A DNA stretch of 62,788 nt, filler included. It is 7 parts of 7 records of this genome, joined end to end, with 100 filler letters (N's around TTAATTAATTAA, not from the genome) between each part and the next. Parts side by side here need not be neighbours in the genome. Positions count along the whole stretch, not along the records: positions 18,293 to 33,858 come from SRR31147125_5867; positions 33,959 to 39,046 come from SRR31147125_5868; positions 39,147 to 44,775 come from SRR31147125_5870; 4 more parts are not named here. One strand, given 5' to 3'. The number at the start of each line of letters is the position of its first letter. Position 1 is the stretch's first letter. Positions 29,975 through 39,462 of the stretch are shown here, piece after piece. The notes under the pieces are model-generated. The model saw nothing but the letters and a program-made list of their open reading frames with translations. It did not search any database and was not told the origin of the DNA. Made by a program: the position numbers and the translations under genes.

Positions 29975-30250
29975 ATGATTATCTCTTTGTCACTCTATGG
30001 AAATTTGATTCGATTCAAGCAGTCTCTTGCAAAGCAATTTCCTCCAGATGATTCCAGTACTAATCCGGGGTCTCAACCTTTCCGAATTGAAGCTATATCC
30101 GGCACGACTGCAGCGGGATTGCTGGAAAATCTGGATATTCCTGTAAAAGAGGCTCAGATTATTCAGTGCAATGGGAAAAATATTACGAAAGATTATATTC
30201 TGGAAGAGGGTGATTCAATAGGTCTGTTTAGTCTTATGAGCGGAGGCTGA
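29975..30250 (+). CDS. MoaD/ThiS sulfur carrier protein
   Basis: Ubiquitin-like fold ending in GG; directly after AOR. Confidence 0.85.
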   Translation: MIISLSLYGNLIRFKQSLAKQFPPDDSSTNPGSQPFRIEAISGTTAAGLLENLDIPVKEAQIIQCNGKNITKDYILEEGDSIGLFSLMSGG

Positions 30251-30287
30251 TCGAATAAATATATACTTTTTTTATTTTGAGTAGAAT

Positions 30288-31052
30288 TTAGATACTGTTT
30301 TGAATTGCGGTCTGTATATTTTGCGCTTCCTGTATTATACGCTCTCCGAACTCCGGCAGGTTCTCTTCTTTGTATCTGAATTTAGGGAACTGCACTACCA
30401 AACTGCCAAGAACTTTCGTTCCATCACTGATAGGAGCGGCAACAGCCATTATCTCATCTTCAAATTCCCCTCGGTTCACCGCGTATCCACGAACTTTGAT
30501 ATCCAGCAGCTCTTGCCTGAGAGTTTTTGGATTCACCAGAGATTTATCGGTAAACCGATGATAGAGACAGCTGTCCAGGTATTTTGTCTGTTCCGTATCA
30601 GTCATATACGCTAGAATCACTTTCCCACCTGCCGTTACATGAGGGGGATAATAGACATCGGGATTTTCACGTATCTGAATACTGCGTTGTGAATAGACAC
30701 GCTCAATAAAGCGAATATCATGCCCGCTGAGAACCGCAAGCAGCACATTCTCATTCAGCTCCTCACGGATTCTGTTCATGCCATCCAACGCACACTCTTT
30801 CAGTAAAGTGTACTGGGCCCGATCGGCTTTCTCTGCCAGCTGGGAAACTTTCTGAGATATAAAGTATTTTCCGGAATGAATATTTTTTGTAATAAAACCG
30901 CTGTTAACCAGGGAATTGAGGAATAATGTCAAATTCGATACCGGATCTTCCATTTTTTCGGCTATTTCCTTAACCCGAGCACCGTTAGAGAATTCGGCTA
31001 TTATGGAGAGGATCTGCAATCCTTTTTCCAATGATTTTATTGTTCGCATCAA
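30288..31052 (-). CDS. IclR family transcriptional regulator
   Basis: SLEKGLQIL HTH; TAGGKVILA, RGYAVNRGE, AVAAPI. Confidence 0.92.
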   Translation of the reverse strand: MMRTIKSLEKGLQILSIIAEFSNGARVKEIAEKMEDPVSNLTLFLNSLVNSGFITKNIHSGKYFISQKVSQLAEKADRAQYTLLKECALDGMNRIREELNENVLLAVLSGHDIRFIERVYSQRSIQIRENPDVYYPPHVTAGGKVILAYMTDTEQTKYLDSCLYHRFTDKSLVNPKTLRQELLDIKVRGYAVNRGEFEDEIMAVAAPISDGTKVLGSLVVQFPKFRYKEENLPEFGERIIQEAQNIQTAIQNSI

Positions 31053-31142
31053 TATCTCCTAACATTACTCACCAACCATTATATATATTGTACAGTAAAC
31101 ATCAATATCGTCTGTTATTATTTACCATAATAAGGTTCAACA

Positions 31143-32282
31143 TTATGTAATAGCGTAATAGGCAAGCAGCTCCTCATCAATCTCAAGACCAAGTCCTGGT
31201 TTTTTCGATGGATAAATCCAGCCATCCTTTATTTCAGGCAGCCCGTGGGCGAGTTTTCGTCTGAATACGTTTTCTGTCTGATCAAATTCAAGAAATGTAT
31301 CCGCCGGCTCAAGCGATGGCGGAAAATCCGGCAGCGAAAAGGCGGCATGTATGCCTGTTGCCAGTGCAATCCCACTCCCCCACACGTGAGGTATACATTG
31401 TATATTCGCGATACTGCATTGTGTCGTAATCTTCAGAAATTCAGACAGTCCTCCGGTGATTGTGCAATCCGGCTGCAGAATGTCCACACAACGGTTATTC
31501 AGCAGATACTGCATTCCGTATCTTGTAAATTCGGCTTCACCGCCGGAAATCGGAATATTGAGTTTCGATTTCACTTCCTGATACCCCAGCAAATCTTCAG
31601 GAGGTACCGGTTCCTCAAACCAGGTGATATCAAGATCCTGCAGCTGCAGTCCGATTTTCGTTGCGGTCATGGCGTTGTAGGCATGATTTGCATCCATCAT
31701 AATCTTAACACCATATCCCAGAGCTTCCCGAATCTTTCGCACAAGCTCTATATCATATTCAGGTCCGAATCCAATCTTTATTTTTACTGCTTTAAATCCC
31801 TTATCAACATAGGAAGCAGCCTCTGCTACGGTCTCTTCAATCTCATCGGGGGTGTACCGTCGATACATTCCTGTAGCATAAGGCCTGATTCGTTCTCTGA
31901 ACGCGCCTCCCATCAGCTGATATACCGGTCTGCCGACTGCTTTGCCTTTAATATCCCATAGTGCAATGTCAACAGCACTTAATGACTGGATCGTAACACC
32001 TTTTTGCCCATTGTCACGAAACATATTGTAAAGATGCTCCCAGATAACTTGCGTATCAAAAGGATCTTTTCCAATCAAATACGATTTATAGTGCTGTTCT
32101 ATTATCGTTTTATGGATTCGGGCCGGGCCAAAGGCTTCGCCCCATCCTGTTATTCCTTCGTCAGTTTCGATTTTACAGATAAGCACCGTTCTTTTCTCAC
32201 ACCAGAACTGGGAAAAGGCAAATTGATCCTTTTTTTCCAGGTGCTGCTCAAGGGCGAATGCTGTAACGTTCGTTATTTTCAT
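31143..32282 (-). CDS. Mandelate racemase/muconate lactonising enzyme family dehydratase or cycloisomerase (galactarolactone cycloisomerase-like)
   Basis: GITGWGE, SAVDIALWDIKGK, KIKIG, MDAN, WFEEP, SGGE, QPD, PHVWG, KPGLG. Confidence 0.88.
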   Translation of the reverse strand: MKITNVTAFALEQHLEKKDQFAFSQFWCEKRTVLICKIETDEGITGWGEAFGPARIHKTIIEQHYKSYLIGKDPFDTQVIWEHLYNMFRDNGQKGVTIQSLSAVDIALWDIKGKAVGRPVYQLMGGAFRERIRPYATGMYRRYTPDEIEETVAEAASYVDKGFKAVKIKIGFGPEYDIELVRKIREALGYGVKIMMDANHAYNAMTATKIGLQLQDLDITWFEEPVPPEDLLGYQEVKSKLNIPISGGEAEFTRYGMQYLLNNRCVDILQPDCTITGGLSEFLKITTQCSIANIQCIPHVWGSGIALATGIHAAFSLPDFPPSLEPADTFLEFDQTENVFRRKLAHGLPEIKDGWIYPSKKPGLGLEIDEELLAYYAIT

Positions 32283-32431
32283 ATATCTACCCACACTTCC
32301 AAATCCAATCGCCACTCACGAAATGTTACGGGGGCTATAACCAGATATATTATCTGGAAATCCTTTCAGCGATTATCAATGCCTAAGAAAACTTTTTATT
32401 TAACTGCTGCTGTATTCGGCTTTTAAGCTAC

Positions 32432-32475
32432 CTTCAGCTATTTATGCTGCTCTTCAGCTATTTATGCTGCTCTTC
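32432..32475. repeat. Perfect 20-bp tandem duplication spanning the rpiB stop codon
   Basis: cttcagctatttatgctgct x2 plus cttc. Confidence 0.9.
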
Positions 32476-32931
32476 CTCAATTGCGGCAACTTTATCCAGA
32501 GCCTCTGTGATAAAGGGAATGATAAATTCCGGCATATTGTCACCATGCTTCGTTGAAAGAAAAACATCTACCATTCTTTCAGCCACATCCGGACCTACAA
32601 TCTGGGAACCCATGGTCAACAGATTCGCGTTATTGATCGCCCGGCATCGTTCAGCTGTAAAAGTGCTTTCGCAAAGAGCCGCATAAACTCCCTTGAACAT
32701 ATTTGCTACGAGAGATACTCCCATACCGCTGCCGCACATCAAAACACCAAATTCTGCTTTACCTTCCTGCAGAGCTTTAGCTGCGCTTACTGCCGCGTCA
32801 TAGTAATCCAGTGCCTTTCCCTCTTCGTTCAGACCGCATTCAATTACTTCATGCCCCTGTTTTGTGACATATTCTTCCAGGTGATTTTTCAGACCTTCAG
32901 CGGTCCAGTCTGAACTAAATATGATTTTCAT
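32458..32931 (-). CDS. RpiB/LacAB family sugar-phosphate isomerase
   Basis: LMCGSGMGVSLVAN, GVYAALC, INNANLL. Confidence 0.9.
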   Translation of the reverse strand: MKIIFSSDWTAEGLKNHLEEYVTKQGHEVIECGLNEEGKALDYYDAAVSAAKALQEGKAEFGVLMCGSGMGVSLVANMFKGVYAALCESTFTAERCRAINNANLLTMGSQIVGPDVAERMVDVFLSTKHGDNMPEFIIPFITEALDKVAAIEEEQHK

Positions 32932-33023
32932 TGATACTTCTCCTCAGTGTTAGTGTAACGCTCAGTTAGAAACCAGATAGATAATCAGGCAGGAAACCGT
33001 GTCGTTTACCGACTAAAAACAGA

Positions 33024-33066
33024 TGGCAGCTCTTTACTTCAGCTAATCTTCGGTAAAGAGCTGTCA
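33024..33066 (-). terminator. Hairpin downstream of the SBP gene (mRNA stabiliser or terminator)
   Basis: tggcagctctttac / gtaaagagctgtca inverted repeat. Confidence 0.5.
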
Positions 33067-33077
33067 CAAACACCTTC

Positions 33078-33858
33078 CTACAGGAAATCGTCTACATTTT
33101 CTGATGTTACGACGATAGTCGGAATGTTAATAATCTTCTCGGGAATTGTTCCGCCGTTTGCCAGAGTAACTATAGTGTCTACAGCAACAACTGCTTCAGC
33201 ATATCCGTCGAGTTTAATGGTACCAGTCATTTCACCGGCTTTGATTGCACGCAGTACTTCAGGTTCAGCATCGAGACCGTAGAGTTTGATATTTCCAGCC
33301 AGGCCAGCTGCAACCAGTGCGTTTCTTACACCAAGAGCCATACCATCGTTGTTACAGATGATGGCGTCCATTTCAATTCCTGAAGAGAGCCAGTTTTCAG
33401 CAACTTCCATACCTTTTTCAGATACCCAGTCGCCTGATCCGTCTATTACAACTTCAATGTCAGGATAGTTAGGCATAATTCTTTCGTAACCTGAGGTAAT
33501 TTCAATCTGTGCTGAGTGTCCAAGAGGTCCGTACATCATACCAATCTTACCGCTGCCGCCAAGGTCATCTGCCAGCTGCTGGAATTTCTTAGCTCCTGCG
33601 TCTATGAAGTCTACTGCTACGTGTGCGCCCAGACCGGAAATATCAGCTACAGTCTGGTGAACGGTAATAATAGGGATACCGGCCGCTACTGCCGCGTCAA
33701 CACCTGGCTGAAGAGCTTCAGGGCTGCATGCTTCAAGCAGGATGCCGTCGTACATTCCCTGTGCTACTGCTGTTTCAAGCTGTCGAAGCTGTACAGCGGG
33801 GTCACGTTCAGCTGTCTGTAATTTCATTTTGTAGCCTTTTTCAATAGCTACCGCTTCA
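33078..33858 (-). CDS. Sugar ABC transporter substrate-binding protein (RbsB-like), 5' truncated
   Basis: AGIPII, GSGKIG, GDW, CNNDGMALG, YGLDA, VTSENV. Confidence 0.9.
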
Positions 33859-33958
33859 NNNNNNNNNNNNNNNNNNNNNNNNNNNNNNNNNNNNNNNNNN
33901 NNTTAATTAATTAANNNNNNNNNNNNNNNNNNNNNNNNNNNNNNNNNNNNNNNNNNNN

Positions 33959-35143
33959 TGCCAAATCCATAAAATCCTGCCCGGTTCTTCCCAAACGGTA
34001 ACAAGCGGTGCAGAACGACGGTATGTAACCCATCGAAGCAACATCGCGGATAACCTCGTCTAACTTGCGGTGGTCGCCCAAGCTAAACTGGCTCGAAACT
34101 TCATCTTCTTCTTCGTAACCGCCAGGATTTGTTTTACTCCCTGCCGAAATTTGGCTTACTCCCAGGGCAAACGTTTCGCTGCGCATTTTTGCTGTTTCGC
34201 GTGTCGACATTATAATGCCTGTGTACGGAACTGCCAAACGTAAAATCGCAACAATTTTTCTGAAATCGATATCGGAAACCGGAAACGGCGGGTGCGAAGC
34301 AATGTCGCTATTGGTAGCAGGCTCTAAACGCGGAACGCTAATGGTGTGCGGTCCAACTCCATATTTTTCTTCCAATTCGCGAATGTGTTGCATCATGGCC
34401 AGTATTTCGAAACGGTAATCGAACAAGCCAAACAAAACTCCAATTCCCACATCGTCGATACCGGCTTCCATAGCACGATGCAACGACCATGCACGCCAGT
34501 TATAATCGCGTTTTTTTCCTGCAAGATGAACTTTGCTGTATGTTTCGCGGTGGTACGTTTCCTGTAAAATCTGGTAGGTGCCAATTCCTGCTGCTTTCAA
34601 TTGTTTAAACTCATCGGTTTTTAACGGAGCAACATTTACATTAACCCTGCGAATTTCGCCATGCTCGGTTTTTACATCGTAAATACTTTGTATAGAATCG
34701 AGCACATATTGAAATCCCTGCGTGGGGTATGATTCTCCGGCAACCAAAAGCACACGTTTTTGGCCTTGGTTAATTAGTTCTTGCACCTCGCGTTTAATGT
34801 GTTCTTGTGGCAGTACCGAGCGAACAATATCTTTGTTAGTAGCACGGAACGCACAATACAAACATTCGTTGGCGCAAAGATTTGAAATATAAAGCGGCGC
34901 AAAAATAACCAGTCGCTTGCCGTAAATGGTTTCTTTTACTTTGTTGGCAGTGTCGAATAATTCGCCCAATAATTTTGGGTCGCTAATGCTGGTTAAAATG
35001 GCAACATCGGCCATGTTTAAACCTTTCATCTCGGCAGCTTTAGCCAATACATCTTTTATTTTCGATGGCTCGGGATTTTTGTTGGCTTCCAGGGCTTCCC
35101 AAACTTTTGCTTCGTTTATAAAATCGGCAGGAACTTCGTACAT
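33959..35143 (-). CDS. hydG: [FeFe]-hydrogenase maturase HydG, 3' truncated
   Basis: FAPLYISNLCANECLYC radical SAM motif, GEIRRVNVN, QETYH, GPHTISVPR, and C-terminal PSFCTACYR (HydG rather than ThiH). Confidence 0.93.
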
Positions 35144-35232
35144 ATCTGTTTTTTTCGTGTTATTTATTCGCAGGTTAAGTTCAATGTTGTTTATGCTACA
35201 AAATTTATTTTCTGAATATTGAACTCGTAAGA

Positions 35233-35363
35233 CAAATGTAGCTTATAATTTAATTGGGTAATAAGAAAAAAGTCATCGACATTTTATGTTGTTTAGCTTG
35301 CTTCTAAAACATTAGCAAGCCTGATTTTGTTTCCATTTTATGAAAAGAAAACACTTACATTTG
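35233..35363. promoter_or_regulatory. Divergent Bacteroidota-type promoters (-7 motif TAnnTTTG) for hydG and hydE
   Basis: TACATTTG on the minus strand at 35233-35240 and on the plus strand at 35356-35363. Confidence 0.7.
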
Positions 35364-35383
35364 TTTAATCAAAATATATAGAA

Positions 35384-36436
35384 TTGGAGAAACAGAAGAT
35401 AATACAGTTACTTAAAACCAAAGGCGAGGAGCGGACAGCACTTTTAAAACGTTCGCAAGATGTGAAGGTTAAAGAAACCGGCAACAAGGTTTACTTTCGG
35501 GGTTTAATTGAGTTTTCGAATATCTGCGGAAAAAATTGTTTGTATTGCGGAATTCGGGGAGGAAATGAAAAAGTGGTGCGTTACAATGTGAGCGATGATG
35601 AAATTCTGGAATCGTGCCGTTTTGCCTGGGAAAATAATTTTGCTTCGGTGGTGTTACAATCGGGCGAATTATCGTCGCCGGCCTATATTAATAGGGTAGA
35701 TAATTTGCTGAAAAAGATAAAACAAATGTCGAACGGCGAACTTGGAATTACGCTGAGTTGCGGCGAGCAAACTCTTGAAACTTACCGCCGTTGGTTCGAA
35801 AGCGGCGCACACCGTTATTTGCTACGTATCGAGTCGTCGAATCGCGATTTGTATTATAAAATTCATCCTGAAAACGAAACACACTCTTTTGAAAAACGAA
35901 TTGAAGCACTTGGGTTTTTGAAGGAAGCCGGCTACCAGGTGGGAACGGGAGTTATGATTGGCCTGCCGTTTCAAACCTACGAAGACCTGGCCAATGATTT
36001 ATTGTTTTTCAAAAAAATAGATATTGATATGTGCGGAATGGGGCCGTACATTGAACATGAAGACACGCCGTTGTACCAGCATCGTAATCTGCTAAAAACG
36101 AAACAAGAGCGTTTTGATTTGGCGTTGAATATGATTGCGGTTTTGCGTTTGTTAATGCCTGACATAAATATTGCTGCGGCAACGGCTTTGCAGGCTATTG
36201 ACCCGGCCGGGCGCGAAAAAGCGATAGCTATTGGAGCAAACGTTATTATGCCTAATTTAACACCAACTGCGTATCGCGAAGAATATCAGCTTTACGAAGA
36301 CAAACCTTGTTTAGATGAAGATGCTGAATTGTGCAGAAACTGTTTGGAAGCCCGTATTCATATGGCCGGCTCCGAAATTGGTTATGGTGAGTGGGGCGAT
36401 TCGAAACATTTTTTCAGAAGGAAAGGAAAGTCTTGA
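35384..36436 (+). CDS. hydE: [FeFe]-hydrogenase maturase HydE
   Basis: RGLIEFSNICGKNCLYC, VLQSGE, RYLLRIE, GTGVMIGLP, GANVIMPNLTP, YQLYEDKPC; adjacent to hydG. Confidence 0.92.
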   Translation: MEKQKIIQLLKTKGEERTALLKRSQDVKVKETGNKVYFRGLIEFSNICGKNCLYCGIRGGNEKVVRYNVSDDEILESCRFAWENNFASVVLQSGELSSPAYINRVDNLLKKIKQMSNGELGITLSCGEQTLETYRRWFESGAHRYLLRIESSNRDLYYKIHPENETHSFEKRIEALGFLKEAGYQVGTGVMIGLPFQTYEDLANDLLFFKKIDIDMCGMGPYIEHEDTPLYQHRNLLKTKQERFDLALNMIAVLRLLMPDINIAAATALQAIDPAGREKAIAIGANVIMPNLTPTAYREEYQLYEDKPCLDEDAELCRNCLEARIHMAGSEIGYGEWGDSKHFFRRKGKS

Positions 36437-36459
36437 TTTTTTAATGTCCTTCTAAAGAG

Positions 36460-36560
36460 GGATGGCATCTGTGTTTGAGAAAATTCAAACAGATACCATC
36501 CCTTTTTTCATAAAAACAGCCTGAAACAAAAGTTGAACACTAAGCACGTTTCAGGCTGAA
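36460..36560. terminator. Two hairpins between convergent hydE and sulP
   Basis: gggatggcatctg...cagataccatccc plus T-run; cagcctgaaac...gtttcaggctg. Confidence 0.65.
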
Positions 36561-36614
36561 TCATTAAAAGCTAATTCGTAGAAGCTTTTCTATATTTTAA
36601 AGACAAGTTTTTTG

Positions 36615-38216
36615 CTAATGGGTTGCATTAAGCTTGGCCTGTAATTTTGTAAGCTTGTTGTAATTATCGATAGCCACAAAATAGTTAGGATCTTGCAAAA
36701 CGTTTGCATCGCAAATAGCTTCCGCTTTTTTAACCAATTTAATGCAGTCTTTACTAAGATGACGCAGGTGAATTGTTTTGCCTACTTTCTGGTATCGTTC
36801 AGCCAGTTTATTCACTGCTTCAATGGCCGATTGGTCCATAATTCGCGATTCTTTAAAATCAACAATTACTTCATTCGGGTCGTTCTGAACATCGAACTTA
36901 CTTTGGAAAAGCGTTGTTGAACCAAAGAATAGAGGCCCATAAATTTCGTAGTGTTTAATGCCGTGTGCATCAACTCTCTTGCGGGCACGAATTCGTTTAG
37001 CATTCTCCCAAGAGAAAACCAGCGCCGAAACAATAACTCCGGCCAAAACAGCGATAGCAAGGTCGAAAATTACAGTAAGTGCAGTAACCAGAACAATAAC
37101 AATTAAATCTGATACCGGAATTTTATTAATAATTTTAAAGGTACTCCATGCAAAGGTTCCAATAACTACCATAAACATTACACCTACCAAAGCAGCAATC
37201 GGAATCATCTCGATATACGCCGATGCAAACAAAATGAAAGCAAGCAATGAAATGGCAGCTACAATGCCAGATAAACGACCACGACCACCAGATTTAATAT
37301 TAATGATACTTTGCCCAATCATGGCGCAACCGCCCATTCCGCCGAAAAAACCATTTACAACATTTGCCGCTCCCTGTGCTATACATTCACGATTACCACT
37401 TCCGCGAGTTTCGGTAAGTTCATCAACAAGGTTTAATGTCATTAACGACTCAATTAAACCAACTGCTGCCAGAATTAGAGAAAATGGTAAAATCAATTTT
37501 AAAGTTTCCATATTAAACGGAATAACTGGCACATTAAAGTTTGGCAAACCGGCCTTTATTCCTTTTCCGCCACCCGACTCAATGAATGTTTTTACGGTTT
37601 CTGTTTCAATATTTCCAAAAATTACAATGGCCGAAACAACTAAAATGCCAACCAAAGCAGCAGGAATTGCCTTGCTTAATTTAGGTAGAAAGTACATGAT
37701 TGCCATGGTTAGAGTAACTAATCCAATCATAATATACATTGACGAACCACTTAACCATTCGCCTCCGGATTTAAACATATTTAGCTGCGAAAGAAAAATT
37801 ACAATTGCCAGTCCGTTTACAAAACCCATCATTACCGAATGGGGAACTAAACGAATAAATTTTCCAAGTTTGAAAACTCCGAAAGATGTTTGTATTATTC
37901 CGGCAAGAATTAAGGCTGCAAAAAGGTATTGCAAACCTAGTCCGTCGCCCAAAACATTTCCTTGTTGAACGAGGCTAACCATTACAACAGCCATTGCTCC
38001 GGTAGCTCCGGAAATCATTCCCGGGCGGCCACCAAAAATGGATGTTACAAGTCCCATCATGAAGGCTCCGTAAAGTCCTACAATTGGTGAGACACCCGCC
38101 ACAAAGGCAAATGCCACAGCTTCAGGAACCAGTGCCAGCGAAACAGTTAATCCCGAAAGGATATCGTCTTTAATACTTCCCTGTTTCTTATCTATAAATT
38201 TGAATTGAAATTTCAT
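36615..38216 (-). CDS. SulP family inorganic anion transporter with STAS domain
   Basis: DILSGLTVSLALVPEAVAF, GGRPGMISGATGA, GFVNGLA, GGMGGCAMIGQS, YGPLFFGS, DQSAIEA. Confidence 0.95.
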   Translation of the reverse strand: MKFQFKFIDKKQGSIKDDILSGLTVSLALVPEAVAFAFVAGVSPIVGLYGAFMMGLVTSIFGGRPGMISGATGAMAVVMVSLVQQGNVLGDGLGLQYLFAALILAGIIQTSFGVFKLGKFIRLVPHSVMMGFVNGLAIVIFLSQLNMFKSGGEWLSGSSMYIMIGLVTLTMAIMYFLPKLSKAIPAALVGILVVSAIVIFGNIETETVKTFIESGGGKGIKAGLPNFNVPVIPFNMETLKLILPFSLILAAVGLIESLMTLNLVDELTETRGSGNRECIAQGAANVVNGFFGGMGGCAMIGQSIINIKSGGRGRLSGIVAAISLLAFILFASAYIEMIPIAALVGVMFMVVIGTFAWSTFKIINKIPVSDLIVIVLVTALTVIFDLAIAVLAGVIVSALVFSWENAKRIRARKRVDAHGIKHYEIYGPLFFGSTTLFQSKFDVQNDPNEVIVDFKESRIMDQSAIEAVNKLAERYQKVGKTIHLRHLSKDCIKLVKKAEAICDANVLQDPNYFVAIDNYNKLTKLQAKLNATH

Positions 38217-38225
38217 CTTATAAAA

Positions 38226-38389
38226 ATTGTTTGTTTTTTAAGGAATAAGATGGAACTCGCATGATTTTAATTATTCGCCTTTGTGTGAAAGATTTTCTCA
38301 TGCTCGTTTCATTCGATATTATTGTTTGTTTTTGTAGTAACTCGCATATATTCCGGTGTTAAATAATAGTCTGATATGCTCGTTTCATT
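38226..38389 (-). repeat. Two tandem units in the sulP leader: AATGAAACGAGCAT...ATGCGAGTT...AAAAACAAACAAT
   Basis: atgctcgtttcatt at 38300-38313 and 38376-38389; aactcgcat at 38254-38262 and 38339-38347; attgtttgttttt at 38226-38238 and 38321-38333. Confidence 0.8.
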
Positions 38390-38402
38390 TGCGTTGGAAT
38401 AA

Positions 38403-38478
38403 ATCGGAGGTGTGAGACTCCAGCCAAATGGCTGGTTGGAGGGAAGTTTACTTGCTATCCCTGTAGTCTCGTTCCGAT
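38403..38478 (-). ncRNA. Candidate three-way-junction cis-regulatory RNA in the sulP leader
   Basis: Minus strand ATCGGA..GAGACT [AGGGA..TCCCT][CCAGCC..GGCTGG] AGTCTC..TCCGAT nested stems. Confidence 0.45.
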
Positions 38479-38542
38479 GGATTATTAATAAAAATTCAAA
38501 AAGTCTATCTGTTTGTTTTTACTACCTTCTAAATTCAGCGCG

Positions 38543-38550
38543 CAAAAGTA
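38543..38550 (-). promoter_or_regulatory. Bacteroidota -7 promoter element for sulP
   Basis: TACTTTTG on the minus strand, implying a ~320-nt 5' UTR. Confidence 0.7.
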
Positions 38551-38690
38551 CGGGAATTTTTAGAAGATATGTTATAGAGCATATTTTTATGACTGAATGT
38601 TAATGTTGGGGTAAAGTGGTTGGTTGACAAAAAAGAAGCCCTTCGGTTTGAAAACTGAAGGGCTCTAAGAAATATGTAATTCTTCGTTTT

Positions 38691-39046
38691 TTAGTACGAT
38701 CCGGTTTGTTCAACAGGGGCATTTTGTCCTTGTTGTACAAAAAAGACAATTACTGCGATAATTATTAGTACAACAATTACCGTTAATGCAATTTTAATCC
38801 AGCTGTAAGGTCTTTGTCCCTGCACTTCGCCGGTTCGGCCATTAATAAGGAATTGATAGAGTTTATTTTTGTATTTGTACGCGCTTACATAAACAGGCAG
38901 CAACAAATGTTTAAACTTAATATTGGCATACTGGGTTTTTAGCGAGCTAATACGTTGTTCGTCGCCACCAATATCGTATCTAACCAATTCTCTTATTTCA
39001 TCTTCGGCAATGTCTTTGGCAATTTCAAATCCTTCTTTTAAATCAA
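38691..39046 (-). CDS. Conserved hypothetical membrane protein, C-terminal part, 5' truncated
   Basis: FKHLLLPVY...INGRTGEVQGQRPYSWIKI plus a TM helix; followed by hairpin agcccttc..gaagggct (~38637-38665). Confidence 0.75.
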
Positions 39047-39146
39047 NNNNNNNNNNNNNNNNNNNNNNNNNNNNNNNNNNNNNNNNNNNNTTAATTAATT
39101 AANNNNNNNNNNNNNNNNNNNNNNNNNNNNNNNNNNNNNNNNNNNN

Positions 39147-39293
39147 TTGCTTTTCTGCTTGCTCTTCTTGCTTTTCCTCGTGCCCTTGCTTGCCTGAATT
39201 GCCTGAGTTGCCACCTGGTGCTGCTAATACAGTACCTGCAAAAGTCCCTACAAGTATAGATAAAATAAGTACTAAAACTAAAATCTTCTTCAT
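39147..39293 (-). CDS. Secreted protein N-terminus, truncated by contig end
   Basis: Signal peptide MKKILVLVLILSILVGTFAGTVLA followed by a G/N/E/Q-rich low-complexity region. Confidence 0.65.
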
Positions 39294-39462
39294 TTGTTTT
39301 CCACCTTTCTGTTCAAGATAATGTGCTATCCTTTCCTATGTGTATCATATTACATATAAATTGCGTTATAAAGATGAGAAGAATAAGTAAAATTGTGTGA
39401 AAATTTTTATTGAGTTTTCTAAATGTGGTATAATAATACTACAACACAAGGAGATAAGTACA

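Noticed and set aside
33959-36436. ThiH and BioB/PylB as alternative calls for the two radical SAM genes
   Set aside because: The HydG-specific C-terminal CTAC motif, the HydE-type C-terminus and their adjacency favour hydG/hydE.
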